From NCBI GenBank assembly GCA_044892505.1, contig CM097882.1, forward strand, positions 394,258,001 to 394,322,000: a DNA stretch of 64,000 bases, in the 5' to 3' direction. Positions 1-13,961 of the stretch are shown here, piece after piece. How positions within the stretch are numbered: the stretch's first letter is position 1; each line of letters starts with the position of its first letter. This DNA comes from Schmidtea nova (Eukaryota). A program made the translations under genes and the position numbers. The notes below the pieces were generated by a model. The model saw only the letters and a list, made by a program, of their open reading frames with translations. It made no database searches and was not told the DNA's origin.

Positions 1-1553
1 GCAATAGTAATCACAATATAATCTCTAAAGTATACATATTCACTTTTAATGCATAAAATCATTTTTATAAAAATTTGAATAAATATTTTTAATAACATTA
101 TAACTAAATTCATTTACTAATTACTACCAATTACTAATTACTAATTACTAATTTACTACTGTGCATTAGTTATATTCATTTGTAGATTCATTCAACTAAA
201 TTCAAATGAAACATTCGTTTGGTTTCGTTTATTTTCATTCTTTCAGACTATAGATCAATATTCTTTTTTTTAATTAAAAACAAATTATCTGTGTCAAATT
301 GAAGAAAATTTGACATCGAGACTGAAATATTAAAAATAAACGAAATTGTAAATAACAGATCAAAGATGAAGATTTTAATGATAGCATATATAATTTATTT
401 TTAAAGCATTTGCCAATTTCTTTTACAACTTCTAAGTGGAATTAAAATAGTTAATTTTCAAGAATCAAAATAATTTTAATATTGACAGTACTTTGGTGCT
501 CGGACAGCAACAATTTTTTGACTGACATGGCATTGAGAGTGTGGCTGAGAACGCACTTTTTAACATACTCAGTGTCAGGTCTATTATTTGTTTGGTTTCT
601 TAAATAAGAACATCCATAATTTCAAAAAACTATTTTAAAACACAATTCAAATTTAAATATTATTCAATCAATTTCTTTTTTATGTTTGAGAATATTTTAG
701 CAAGCATATGTTAACAATTGAATAAGGAATGTTCATATAGAAGCATTCAAAAAATATTTTATATTTTGAATTTCCAAATCTTAAATTTGAAATATACAGT
801 CAAGCCAATTAATAACTTTAAATATAATTTATTGAAGTCAATTTTTAATTTTATTAAATCTATTGAAATCTTTAAATTAAATGCTATTTCTATTTAATTA
901 TTCTCACAAGGTCAATATGTCTTACAACACAAAATGTTCAAAAAGACCTGTTTTTTCGAGGCACTGAGATTGGACGTGCCATTTTAGTTTCTTTTACAAG
1001 TCATATTTCCTTGGCGTAATAATAACAAACACAAATGATATATGTAAGTATGTACTGAAAATTTTATAATTGCAGATTTTCAATATACATAAGTGAATTG
1101 TGAAATAAACCATTCATGAATTGAATGTGAAAATCAATGTGACATTCCTGTCACATCTTTTGTAATTTGATATAAAATAGTTGAAAAAAGCAATGTGATT
1201 ATTTGCAAATTTAATAGACGTGTAAAGATCCGGAAATATTTAATTTCAATTTTTGGATTGTCCCGTGATTCCAACTACAAGCTACCGATGCATGTGTGTG
1301 CATCAGTGAGTACCCACAGTTTTCTGATTATAACAGATTGAATTTAGAAATGATGTAAACTTTATCTGGCAGATAATCTTGTTGAAAAATAAATGATACT
1401 TGTCGAACTAAAATATTTTACAAAGGTTTATCCTTTAACAAAACAAGATAATATTGCAGTAAATTTATTTTACTATCAAAATAATCTTGTGCTGATAAAA
1501 TCTTAAAAAAATTAAAATCAATTTTTATTAAAAAGTTTCATCTTTTGTTACTA

Positions 1554-2596
1554 CAGTGCACTCTCGATTTTCCGGGCTAATCCTGAGGAGGATGGTCACG
1601 GATAATTGAAAAACACGGATAATCAGAATTTATTTTATTTTCGAATATAATATCATATACACAACACAAATTTTTAACACACTATTTTTATATTCATTAT
1701 TTATCAAGAAAACGCAAACAAATAAGTAAAAATATAATATTTTATCATATATACGAACATAAAAATTATATATAAAAAATTATACATTTATATGTACAGA
1801 AATTTAATAAAATCTGTTATTTTCATTAGTTTTTGAGATTTTTTTAACGAATTTCTTATTTCACTTCGAAATATTCTTAAAGCTATTACATTATTATATT
1901 CAGCATTTGAACTGAGACGTCCTCCCTGAATCGTAAGCTGACGAATCCCGTGTCGCTGTTTGAACCTCGTCATCCAGCCTGACGAGGCGTTGAAACTTTC
2001 TTTAATTCCTAGATTCTCATGAAATGTCTTCGCTGCTTCGATGCACATTTGGCCACTAATTGGTATTCCCTCTACTCGTTCTTGATTGAACCACATTAGC
2101 ATGGATGCATCCAAATCTTCGAATGTCGACGTTTTCATACTCTTTCCTTTCGAAGGACCTGCAGAACTATCACAATCTCTAGCAAACGCCTCTAACTTAT
2201 TTTTTTGTTTGACTACATCTCGAACAGTTTGAATACCAATTCCATATTCTTCAGAAAGTTTTGACGTGGATTCTAATTTTTCGAATCTCTCAATTAATGT
2301 AAGTTTCTATTTTATCGTGAGTACAATTTTCTTTCGTTTTTCTGTTAATCATTCTTTCTCCATTTTTAAACGGTACAGATATGTAGAGCTAAAATATGAA
2401 TTTTTGAGATTCTGTGGTTTCTATACGTATTTCTTTCAAACAACGCGCATATTCAAGATCGAAATTAAATAATGCGTCTCATAATCGTAATAGAAAAAAA
2501 TCAATCAAATTAAATTTGAATTAAAAAATATTTATTTTCAGGCACGAATAATCAGAAAACCGGATAATCCATGAACGGATAATCGAGAGTACACTG
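1554..2596 (-). mobile_element. Tigger/pogo-family (Tc1-mariner superfamily) DNA transposon, internally deleted
   Basis: TIRs CAGTGCACTCTCGATTTTCCG / CGGATAATCGAGAGTACACTG flanked by TA on both sides (1552-53, 2597-98); encloses a CENP-B-type HTH transposase remnant. Confidence 0.9.
1788..2363 (-). pseudogene. Tigger/Jerky-like transposase N-terminus (HTH_psq plus CENP-B HTH) with stops; DDE domain missing
   Basis: Manual translation from ATG 2363 (RKKIVLTIK*KL...SKLSEEYGIGIQTVRDVVK) continues into the ORF LDASMLMWFNQERVEGIPISGQM...FNASSGWMTRFKQRHGIRQL. Confidence 0.85.
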
Positions 2597-2851
2597 TATA
2601 TCAAAATTTATAAATTATAATTACTAGCTTAAAATATTTAAAATTAATTAAAATAAATTAAATAAATAAATTAAAATAACACTAATACTAATAATATCCT
2701 AGAAAATTGTCCGTAGAGTTAAATGTCGTATATTGAAGCAATTCGAACATCTTTTCATATGTTACCCTTTTGTTACAAATTTTTTTATCTGTTATATACC
2801 GTTTATAGAATCTGAGACATATTTAAAAAGCCAGATAACGAAGTATGATGA

Positions 2852-2852
<1 letters not shown>

Positions 2853-2932
<80 letters not shown>
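2853..2932. repeat. (TA)n microsatellite
   Basis: Direct reading; similar tracts at about 10775-10806, 16857-16924, 27126-27154 and 27577-27620. Confidence 0.97.
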
Positions 2933-2935
<3 letters not shown>

Positions 2936-3173
2936 CATTTCATAATTAAATATCCACAAAAACATTAATTTAAATCACAAATCTGAAAAAATAGAGAATT
3001 AAATGCTTGACAATAATACTGAGTCAATGGAGAAATATATTAAATTTTTATAATTATGTTTTTGCAACAAATTCAATTTGACATGCACATATATTTTAAT
3101 AAAAAAATATAATTTTAGAAATTTACAAAAAAATAAAATAAATAAAAACACAAATTAAATTTAAATTTCTAAC

Positions 3174-3343
3174 ATTTTCTGTTGCAGTCAAGTTTTCATT
3201 GATGGACTTCTGATTTTGGATGGTGGAATTCAATTGAGATACGTTGTCAGTTAGGTCGGAAATTTTCCTTTTGATAATGGCAAGAGCTTCCAATGGATCG
3301 GTTGCGTTGACATTGAAATTGGAAATTGACACTTTGAGTTTGT
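3174..3343 (-). CDS. CCDC157: CCDC157-like coiled-coil protein, coding exon 6 (gene continues beyond the left edge)
   Basis: ttctaattag acceptor; phase 1 matches the exon 5 donor; coiled-coil sequence DKLKVSISN...LTATEN; GT donor at 3173. Confidence 0.65.
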
Positions 3344-4979
3344 CTAATTAGAAGAAAAATAAAATCTAATAAATCAAGTTGTATAAGAAATTGACATTGG
3401 CAATTTTAGAATTAAAACATCAAAACTGTGCATTCATTTGCCGAAAAGAAAATAAATTTTGTAATTTAAGTGATAAAATTATATAACTGTTAACAATTTT
3501 TTAGTTACAGTTAGATTGTCACGGCGGTGTGTAGCGTCAGTGTAAAAACATAAAATGAAATCGTAAAAAAGATTAAAGGTAACAAAGAATAAAAAAAGTG
3601 TATTAATAAATGAACTAATAATTTAATAATTTGGAAAAAATAAACAAAAACTACTTAAATGCTACATTCAAACAGAAATATAAAAATAACTAACTAAATT
3701 TTATTGATAATGATAATAAACTGTTCAATTAGTTTTAGATAAAACTTCTAATAGAATTTTTTTAAATATTATTGTACTAAATATTGAATTATTCATTTTT
3801 AGAGTAAATCTAATTTCATATTTTAGTACAAAATATTATTAAATGTCAAATAATTATTATTATTAAATTTATAACCAATATTTATTATTGCTATTCATTA
3901 TTGTTACTACTTATTAATATACAGTAGCTAATAAATATTTTCGTTTTTCACGCAGATATGTTTTGTTTACCTATTGCACCATGAAATAAAAACATGTTTG
4001 GTTATAAAATACAGAATTTATTTTGTTTATATAATTGTGTTAACATTGAAAACAATTAAAAAATATGACAGAGATAATATGCTTATAGAAATAATTATTT
4101 TTATGTGTTGAATGATTAATCATCATCGCAAAACTAGTTCATGGTTTATGGGAAACTTTTTGTTGTTCCGAGAATCGGAGGCTTTATGGTAGAATGACAT
4201 AAATAAAAACTTTTGGCTGTTTGATTTTTAATCGTTTAATTATTGTGTAATTTATTAAATTTCAAATATTTTAATTTTTCAGATAATAGATCTATTTTCT
4301 CCCACACACCTACTTTTGGTACTGTTTAAAGGGCAGTTGTGAAAATTCGTTGATTAAAAAATAAATTTTATCTATTATATTAAAAATAAAATTATGAAAT
4401 TAAAAAAATATTAAAAATAAAAAATTGTAATGTTAATTAATTTTTTTTACTACCTCTTACAAAACTTAACCCCTTACCACATTCTATAGCACATCAGCTA
4501 TATCCTATAAAATGCAACTAAAATTATGTTATTAAATACCAGCTGTAAAAAACTGGTATACCCATTTGACGGACAAATTCTTGATAATTTTCACACCGTT
4601 CCACTACTTCAATTAAGAATTTTTTGTCATGTTCTGTAATAAAAAAGTCATGCAGTAAGGAGTAATTTAAACAAAGCATATTTGCTTTAAAAATTGTTAA
4701 AACGCTCTACGAGAAAGAAAATATTCAGCAAAAAAGTATGAACTCAATTGAAAAAAATTTCGAATCTTTTGAAGATCGAAATAATTCATCAAATAAACAT
4801 TGCGGAGAAAAGCTCAACACTTTTACCTTATTATTATATTTTAATAAACTCTATTAACAACAAAACAGTTTTTATTATTATTATTATAAATAATAATAAT
4901 AATAATAATAATAATATCATAATTATCTTTTTTCACCTTTGATCTTTTTTTATTATTATTATCAATAATTCTCATAATG

Positions 4980-5127
4980 ACTATAGATCAAAATTTTTTT
5001 TTTTATAAACAATAACAACACAATATTTCGGCACAGCCTTTATCAAGTGTGTATACACACTTGATAAAGGCTGTGCCGAAATATTGTGTTGTTATTGTTT
5101 ATAAAAAAAAAAATTTTGATCTATAGT
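4980..5127. repeat. 148-bp perfect palindrome, core of a foldback/MITE-like family; truncated by an N gap
   Basis: Two 74-bp arms around gtgtgta|tacacac; degenerate relatives at about 6600-6720, 13320-13560 and 18630-18770. Confidence 0.85.
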
Positions 5128-5459
5128 NNNNNNNNNNNNNNNNNNNNNNNNNNNNNNNNNNNNNNNNNNNNNNNNNNNNNNNNNNNNNNNNNNNNNNNNN
5201 NNNNNNNNNNNNNNNNNNNNNNNNNNNNNNNNNNNNNNNNNNNNNNNNNNNNNNNNNNNNNNNNNNNNNNNNNNNNNNNNNNNNAATAAATAATAGTTAA
5301 AAATTTTGATAATAAATGTTNNNNNNNNNNNNNNNNNNNNNNNNNNNNNNNNNNNNNNNNNNNNNNNNNNNNNNNNNNNNNNNNNNNNNNNNNNNNNNNN
5401 NNNNNNNNNNNNNNNNNNNNNNNNNNNNNNNNNNNNNNNNNNNNNNNNNNNNNNNNNNN
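5128..5459. other. Assembly gaps or masked runs (5128-5284, 5321-5459)
   Basis: N runs. Confidence 0.99.
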
Positions 5460-7423
5460 AATTTTTAACTATTATTTATTCAAAAATAATCATAATATTA
5501 TTATTTATTATATATATATTTATATATATATATATATATATATATTTATTATATATATATTCGTATTCGTGCTAAAGCTTGTGGTTTTCAAAAAAATTTA
5601 AGATTTTATCGACAAATCAAACCATAAATCATTTTCTTAATCATACAAAGTAGATAATTTATCTCTTCCTAATTTGCGAATGAATGTAAATTTTACTTAT
5701 TAAACAATATTAAATAAATATCATGTATCTTAAGCTAAAAATTGGCCATCAACAATCTTTGAAAAATAACCCTGTGGAACTCCATGGTTTCATCGTGGAA
5801 CAAGGAATAGACCTTTAAATTTCCTAAATTAATATAAAAAGGAGGTCACACGAGTTCCTACGAGCACCACTGGGTGCAACATAATATTGAATTATAAGTT
5901 ATTATTTTCCAGTTTATTTACTGCATTCAGAATCGAAAGGAAATTACTAATCACGTAAATATCATGAAAATAATTTTTCAGTCAGAATAAAATAAAATAA
6001 AAGCTATTTGTAACATATAATGTGAATATACACTCGTATTAATGAAAAATTAAATGTTTACATGTATTTATAAATTTGTTAAACGAATGTCAATCAAAAA
6101 CATATTGTCACGAAGATTTGTAATAGTTAAAATATGACCGGGAATCAGGATATATCTGCGATCAGATCAATGGCATTCCAGGAATGACACTACGACAGCT
6201 TCGACTTGTTTTGCATTAAGACAGTTTTAATAAATTTTATTAACTTTAAAATGTAAATTAAAACGAATTAAATAAAAACTAATTAATTTGCTTTGGGAGA
6301 ATTTATTTATTTTATATTTATAGTTTTAATGACTAATTTGAGCTCTAGTTATTCTGCTTAGTTCATCGAAATCGATATAAATTTTTTTACGAGTCGAAAC
6401 AAATTCCCTTTGAGCCGCTGATTGACCATCATATTTTTCAAGTCTTATTTCTACGGATTAAATATTTTAAATAAACAGTGGGACTTTTAAAGAATATATT
6501 CAAAGCTTTATGTCAACATCGAGAAGTTAAGTTTTTGAAATGATAATAATATAATTCTAATCTTTTTTAAAAAGATATTCATTTAAAAAGATATTCATTT
6601 ATCAAGGCTGTACCGAAATATTGTGTACTTGTTTAAAGAAATTTTGATCTAGTCATTATGGGAATTATTGATAATAATAATAATAATAATAAAGATCAAA
6701 GGTGAAAAAAGATAATTATGATACTTATAAAAGTATAAATATTATTAAATAAAATTTATTTTAATTTTGATTTGTTAAATATTTTTTCGTTTTTTATTCA
6801 ATTTCAATAACTCCTAAAAAGTAGCAGCGTTTTTAATGAGAAAACTTTTTTTGATATTTAATATGAAAAAAAAATGAAATTGAAAAATGGTTGTTTTTAT
6901 TGCAAATCTATTGTGGAAATTGGTCATCACATAAAAAATATGTTAAGAAAATTTTCAAGTAATTTGATTGTTGGTAAATCCAATCCTGCGTACGTGCCTA
7001 GCGATCAGTCATCTAGGAATACTGCAATAAGTGAGAGTTTAAATGAAGATCCAAACCCTTGATCCAATATCATTCACAACGATTGATAAAATCTACTACC
7101 AATATGCATCAAATATTAGGTTTTGTACAAAATTCGTTAAATAAAATGTTACATTATTTAACTAATTAATTATTCAAAAATTTTAAATGTAGATTAAATT
7201 TTAAGAAGGTACTGAATCAAAATTAGACATAAAATAACCTTCTTTCTCCACAAATTCAAACAAAAATGTAATGGTTAATAATTTCGGTAATGTTTTAAGC
7301 CCAAGTTTAAGCTCAAATTAATTTTATTGGAAAAAACGATCAATGCGACGATGTGATAAAGAAATAGATTAAAAATAAATTCTATAATAATTTTTTGAGA
7401 AAAAACAACAAAAATAAACTCAC

Positions 7424-7634
7424 CTAATTCGTTGTTGATGTTTTGTTTTTCTAATATCTGCAGTTTCAATTGTGCTTTCTCGTGGTCTATTTGGTTAGCT
7501 TTCCCCTTAATTTCTTCCACCAAAGAGGCAGTTTGTAATTGAAGTTGACTTATTGTGTTGGTTAACTTTTCATTTTCAACACCGAATTCGTGCCGTTGCT
7601 GACCGAATTTCTTTTCGGAAATAGATAATTCACA
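7424..7634 (-). CDS. CCDC157: CCDC157-like, coding exon 5
   Basis: cttttcttcag acceptor and g|gtgagt donor; 211 nt (phase 0 to 1); coiled-coil CELSISEKK...NINNEL. Confidence 0.75.
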
Positions 7635-7761
7635 CTGAAGAAAAGGTTTATAAAAACATTTTTAATAAAAATATTGATCACTAGTCAAAAAAACAAATGA
7701 AAATAAAAGAAAATCGAAAATAAAAGAATTTTAATGAAAAAATAAAAGATTATCATTAATT

Positions 7762-8340
7762 AAAAACCAACGCCAATCCAAATATATATTCTGCACAATA
7801 TATTTCGAGAACTTAATTCTCTTCAACAGGTGCTACTCAAACTTCCATTCAAATATAAATCAAATAAATTGATTTTTCAAACGAACTAACATTAATTTTT
7901 AAAATAAAATATATATTATAAATTTTAAAAATTGTCAAAAAATTTAAAATGATCAAAAATTTTTTAATTTAAATAAATTAATCTTAAAAATATAATATTC
8001 TTTTTTTACAAAAAAATGTTTTTTTAACAATATATTATAAATATTTTCATATTTATAAACAGCAGAATGATTGAAAACCAAATCCATAATCCGCAATTGA
8101 AAATGCTCTAATACTCGAGTATTAGAAATAAAAAAAATATTTTTTTGTAAAAAAAGATTATATTTTTAAGATTAATTTATTTAAATTTAAAAATTTTTGA
8201 TCGTTTTAAATTTTTTGACTATTTTATAAAATTTATAATATATATTTTATTTTAAAAATTAATATTAGTTCGTTTGAAAAATCGATTTATATTTGAATGG
8301 AAGATTGAGTAGCGCCTGATGAAGAGAATTAAGTTCTTGT
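7762..8340. mobile_element. MITE-like element with about 220-bp imperfect inverted arms
   Basis: 7808-8030 is the reverse complement of 8110-8340; a related element with aaacgccaatccaaa...ttggattgttg ends lies at about 57895-58199. Confidence 0.7.
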
Positions 8341-8967
8341 TTTTAATTATTTTAGTGGGATGTTAGTTGTATTATGTATTATCATTAATGTAATTTATTT
8401 CTTTCACCTTTGATCTTTTATTAAGGGTTTCATTAATTTACTGAAAGTAAAAGATTTTATTAATTTACTGAAATATTGAAAAATAAATTAATTCATTATC
8501 ATAAACATCTTTGATTTTCATCTTTGATTTTTTCCTTTCTATATCAGAAATTTTCATTTTTTATAAAAACTATTGTTAAGGCTGCAATAAGATAGAAATT
8601 CTTTATATTTGCGTTAGCAATGTGAGCTCAGATAGCTAGCTTATTATCTATCTGAGCGTGAGTGTGTTTATGGTTTATTTAATTATCTTTTGTCCCGTCT
8701 GTGTGCGTAATTGAAATCTGGTGAAATTAAAATCTGAATTTGTTGGCGAATTGGAATTGTTGTGGAATTAATTATAATCATTTAAAATTGTTTTGTTGGA
8801 TAAGATTTTGAATAAATTGATTTGTATTTTATGATTAATTTTTTTGCGGAAGTTGGGTAATTTAAAAAAGGAATTAAATATAATTTGATTACGTTGAATA
8901 TATAGATTTAAAAGGATCTTAATTTTTTGTGAATTAAATTAATATATTCCTGAATTGTTAGTAATAA

Positions 8968-9443
8968 ATGAATAATTACTCTGACATAGATAAAGGAATT
9001 ACTGCGATTGATAATGAAATAAAAATTCTTACAAAGGAAGAATAGAATTTACTAAAGAAAAATAAAAAAACAAGCGTCTGTGTCTGTGACAATACAGTTA
9101 ATAATTATGACAAGGAACTGTTTTCATATTATCAAAATATTAAATAATTGCTTCAAGAAAAATTTTAATTTAAAAACTTTAATTATTGCAATTGAAAGCT
9201 ATTTAGATTACGTATTTATATCTCCACCAGGCAGTGAAAAGAGCCAATGTTATTAAGTAGCGTCAAATGTATCGGGATTCACGTTGGTCAGTGCTTCATT
9301 GACTTCTTTGATACATGATCAAATGATTGTATTAGAAAAGTTTGACATATCTTGTGTTTCTCTTGATTCTGACAGTTCTGTAAAAGCGCAGAATGAAATA
9401 TTTAAAGTCATGAAAACTGATCTGATTATTAAAATTGTGTACC
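8968..9443 (+). pseudogene. RECQL: Intronless degenerate 5' fragment of a RECQL (RecQ1) helicase mRNA
   Basis: MNNYSDIDKGITAIDNEIKIL (N-terminal coil), YDKELFSYYQNIK*LLQEKF, PPGSEKSQCY*VASNVSGFTLVSASLTSLIHDQMIVLEKFDIS...IKIVY, similar to human [44 protein letters not shown]; has stops and frameshifts. Confidence 0.8.
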
Positions 9444-9451
9444 AATTGAAA

Positions 9452-9706
9452 ATGGGAGTTAAGCCTATAACGGCTCCAAAAGCACAAAAATCACAAACGT
9501 AAAGAAAGCAATAGCATATATATTTACAAGGTTCTGCGATAAGTCCATCTCGATATGGGCATCTCTTGAATAGCTATTTCAATCAAAAACAGATTCGTTA
9601 TTGATTTTTTGAAATAATCACAACTGAACCCAGCAAGTTGACAAATTATAACGAGAAATCGACAATTTCCAGCAGAGACATCCAAACTGCAATTCAATTT
9701 ATTTTG
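9452..9706 (+). pseudogene. H2B: Degenerate histone H2B fragment fused directly after the RECQL fragment
   Basis: [68 protein letters not shown]; two stops and one frameshift. Confidence 0.92.
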
Positions 9707-10106
9707 TACGCGAACAACTTTAGGTAATAAGAAAAAAAATATAAGTTCTTTATAAAAAATGAATTCAGAAAATTTTAATTAATTGTTTATATTATATATA
9801 ATACACGTTTCTTTATTTTGGTAAATCTGAATGGGATATTTCAATGAAAGGATTTAATTAAGGAACCAAACACGGTCACAAACTCGGACTCACTAAGTCG
9901 CCGTTCTTTCCTGAACCTTTGATTTAACCTCTCTATGTATAAAATTGATTTGTTACTCATTTTCAAAATATTGGCAACTATTTAGAATTTTATTTAAACT
10001 CTTAAAGCATTATTTAGTTGGACGAATGTTTCAAAAAGAAATTCACAAATATCACTGAAATCACAATTTATATTTCCAAGTAATTAGAATTAAAATAATA
10101 AAGCAC

Positions 10107-10367
10107 CTTTTCTTTCTCTAAAGCGTCAGTGAGATTCTTGCATACATTTTTACAATCCAAAAGTTCGGCATTCGTTTTCATTTCTTTCTGCCTAATATTT
10201 CGATAAATTGTGCAGACTTTGTCCAGGTCTTTGGCAAGACAATCTTTTATTTGCAAAATCTTTTTGTCACTTAACCAATCAAGATTCAGAATTTTCTGTT
10301 GCAATTTCATTAGTGATGATGGCTGTGATTCTTCTTTCAAGATTTTCATAAGTAAAGAACTAGATTC
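10107..10367 (-). CDS. CCDC157: CCDC157-like, coding exon 4
   Basis: tttttcag acceptor and aag|gt donor; 261 nt, phase 0/0; ESSSLLMKILKEESQPSSLMKLQQ resembles human VISLCQSQNLPSSLGQFQQ. Confidence 0.8.
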
Positions 10368-10769
10368 CTGAAAAAAGGTTTCTATAATAATATTCGAAAA
10401 CCTATAATTTATAATCCGAAGCTTATTTTATAAAAAAATTAAAGTTCTATAACTCTGAAAAGGTTTCAGCAAAATTATCTATTTAAAATCAGTAAAATCT
10501 ATTTATTTACCAATGATCTACTTTTATTTTTAATTTTCTTTATCTTTATTTGTTCTCATATTATAGGTCAATATTTTTATTTGACATGAATTCTCCATAG
10601 AGAATTTTTCAGGTGTTTGAAAAAAACTGTTAAAATTAATAAAAAATATTAATCAATAGCAACGGTTATCAAATTCTTAAAAATGACAAGTTTTCAATAC
10701 CCACCTGATTTTGTAAATAAATAAAAACGGACAAAATAAAAAATATTAATTCTCTTAATTTAATATATT

Positions 10770-10811
<42 letters not shown>

Positions 10812-13673
10812 GAAAGGGGTCACACATCTCTGTCGACTTGTGACGAAGGGGAGGTGGGTAGAAATGTGACATCATACGACATTATAACAAACATCAACAC
10901 TTAATTAACGATAATTGTTACCACAATTAAACAACAGTGGTAATAACGATTATTTTGTTATTAATTTTTTGATTACATCTTTCTACGATTAACGTCATAC
11001 TTGAGATTTTAATTGTTCTGATCACTTAGCAGTTTACAGCATTTCCGATTTCCATTATAAGCAGAGACATGTGAAGAGCATTCGAATCGTGCATACATTT
11101 GTGACATGTAGTCAAATGCACTGAACTGTTACACGGATACAAATAAATATATCCAGATTTGTTTAAACTTTTCTAGCTTACACAAAAGTCCCGTGAGCGT
11201 GTGCAAACAATCTATGAATAAAGCAATTTGAATATGGAAATGGTGTATTAGACGAACCCATTGATTACTCAAGAATCAGAAGTATAACTTAGCACTAAAA
11301 ATTAATATTTTTATATACAGAAGGCACTAATTGTGACGAGGGATGGTCGAAAATGTGCAAAAATTGAGTGGTGTCATTTATGGACGACCACTAAAATGAA
11401 TTAAAGAATATTTATTTTGTTTACATTCGATATCTTCTTTTCTATTTCAAAATTTTTATTTATTTAAATAAAACGTTAAATAGTCAGTTAATGAAAGGTT
11501 GTATTAGTATTTACAATCAACAAATAGTAAAATAAATTTTATTTTTTTTTTTAATATAAAAACATTAATTTGGATCTACTTATTTAAAATTACGAAATAT
11601 TTTTGTAAATAATTTATTTTGGTTTAATGGTTTTCTTCGACTTCGCCCAACGGTACGAACTAGTCCCGAGTTCAAAGTAGAGTTCTGGTACAGTTTTGAA
11701 TACCTGATTACAAAGTCGTAATTGTACGACTATTTGTCAATTCATTCAATCAGTCCAACAGTAAATCTTGATAATTTACCTCACTTTCTCAAAGAATCAT
11801 CATTTTTCATGACTTTATTGAGTGATTCAATAGCATTCTTGGTAATTGGCGTTAGTTTTTTGGCATTTTAAAACCGATAGTTATTGGATTTAAGTTATTC
11901 TACAGAAAAGTAAATTCCCTTTGTACTTTTTTTTTCAAGAATAAGTTTGCTGCCTTTTTAAACACTTTTGTGGATTGACTAAATTGCAAAGAATATGTCA
12001 GGAGACATTCCATATCTCTCTTGTTTTGGAATAAATGTTTCCATGTTTATTATGCGAGCCCAATAAATAATCACCAGAATTTTGGATGCTTTTTGCTGTA
12101 TAAGAAATTATTGTAATTAGACTAATAGTGGTATTGAATATTTTAGCAACTTCATTCTATGGTGAATTGAACAAAAATGTGAAGTCATCGGTTTTTTCAT
12201 CTGTACAAATACCAAAACAGTTGAACTGTTAGTTGCTGTCTTTTGTAGCAATTATAAGTACAAGGAAGCCTTGCCATAAAAGTTTGTATGTAACATCCGC
12301 ATTAATGTTGTCAGCGCTTAAAGCGATTTTCAACAATATATTTAGTGTCATTATCATTATCTGGAACAGTTGAATGATTTTATAGCCACTGATGTACTTC
12401 GCCTAGGCTAATGATATCAGCGCCATATGTGGACTTTCTCATGAACACCAAACAATGATTTTGTTGATTTTTACTAAGAAGAGTTTGATTTTCTATAAAT
12501 AAAGGTTCCAAGACAGCTTTGAACTTTAATTTCAAAGCATACAATTGATCTATTTCATCTTTTACGGCATTAATTAATGCTGTTCTTGTTTTTATGTTGT
12601 TACAATCATACTTATGTCCCGATCTGAATACATAAACATCGCCACTGGTTGACTAATAACACAAATAAACTGAAGTTGAACATTATTCAACACGGTTACC
12701 CCCACAAGGTTCTATTTTCAGTTCTGTAAGAACGAAAACAATTTCACCTCTTCATTTTGTAAGAGATTTCCTGTTTCAGTTGCACTTGTAAAAACTTATT
12801 CTCTTTTTCCATCTTTGCTTATTTTTTCATGATTTGAGATTCACTAAAAGCATTTTATTATCACTTTCCGAAAAAGCCTATTTGCAAGTTTTTTCCTTGC
12901 ATTTTTGCTCTATGGTTAACACATATTAACTACAGTTTGTCGATTTTAATTATAGTTTACCAATTTTATTAATAGTTACAAATATTATTTATGGTTTGAA
13001 AATGTCATTTATATTTATTTATATATGTATATATACTTTAGAAGCTCTTCAAAATTTTAAAGGAAACAATTAAATAATATTATATTATTTATTCAATTAA
13101 AAATTAAATTTATTTCCCAAAAGTTTTACGCGCTTTTATCATCTAGAAATTTAGTTATTATCTCCGAATAATTTTTTCAAACTATTGCATCGCTGCGTGA
13201 ATTGTATACAAATAAAAATTATATTTCCCTCTGATGAACTGTGAAATAACCGTACCTGTCAATTAATAGGTCGCACTGAGAATTTTTTAATATACTAAAA
13301 ATGAAAACTAGCTAATAAGAAAACTATCATAATTATCTTTATGTTTCACCTGTAATTTCCTTTCATCTATATCAATAATTTACATAATAACATAACTATA
13401 GATCAATCTTTTTAGGTTTTTAAGTACACAGTATTTCGGCATAGCATTTATCAATTACGTATTGAAATACGCACTTGATAAATGATGTGCCAAAATATTG
13501 TGTACTTAAAAACCAAAAAGAATTTTGATCTATAGTCATGCCATTATGGAAATTATTGATATAAATTAGAAAACTAATTATTCAACCGCTTGTTGTCTGG
13601 TGAACTTTCAATAGGATAATTATTTTGCATTTTATCGAGTAAAACACGAATAATAAATATTTATTCAACTTAC

Positions 13674-13961
13674 TCGTAAACAAGTCTGAGAAATATGACA
13701 CGATTCACAAGGCTTGAAAGCTGTATCAATAGTCTGACTGGATTTGAATGTCATGTCCTTTGAAATGCTTCCAACAGCTGGCTTTCTATTTTTTATGTTG
13801 ATTTTACTTTCATTCTCCAAAGTTTTCAACCAATCGCCAGCTTCTTTAGATATTTTGTCATTTGTCATAACTTCATCAGCTACGTTTTGATAAGATTTAT
13901 TTGCTTTCAAATTTTCTAATGTTAAATTTAGATTGTTATTGGTCTTTTTTGTTTTCCCTAT
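13674..13961 (-). CDS. CCDC157: CCDC157-like, coding exon 3
   Basis: gtttag acceptor and cga|gtaagt donor; 288 nt; SQTIDTAFKPCESCHISQTCLR resembles human [22 protein letters not shown]. Confidence 0.85.

Noticed and set aside
2733-5575. Short ORFs with YIYIYI, NNNN or X runs (also at 10669, 16711 tail, 27469, 45970, 52355)
   Set aside because: Artefacts of microsatellites and N gaps.
11640-12900. Degraded transposase-like region on the minus strand
   Set aside because: Coding-like texture but riddled with stops; no motif I can assign confidently.
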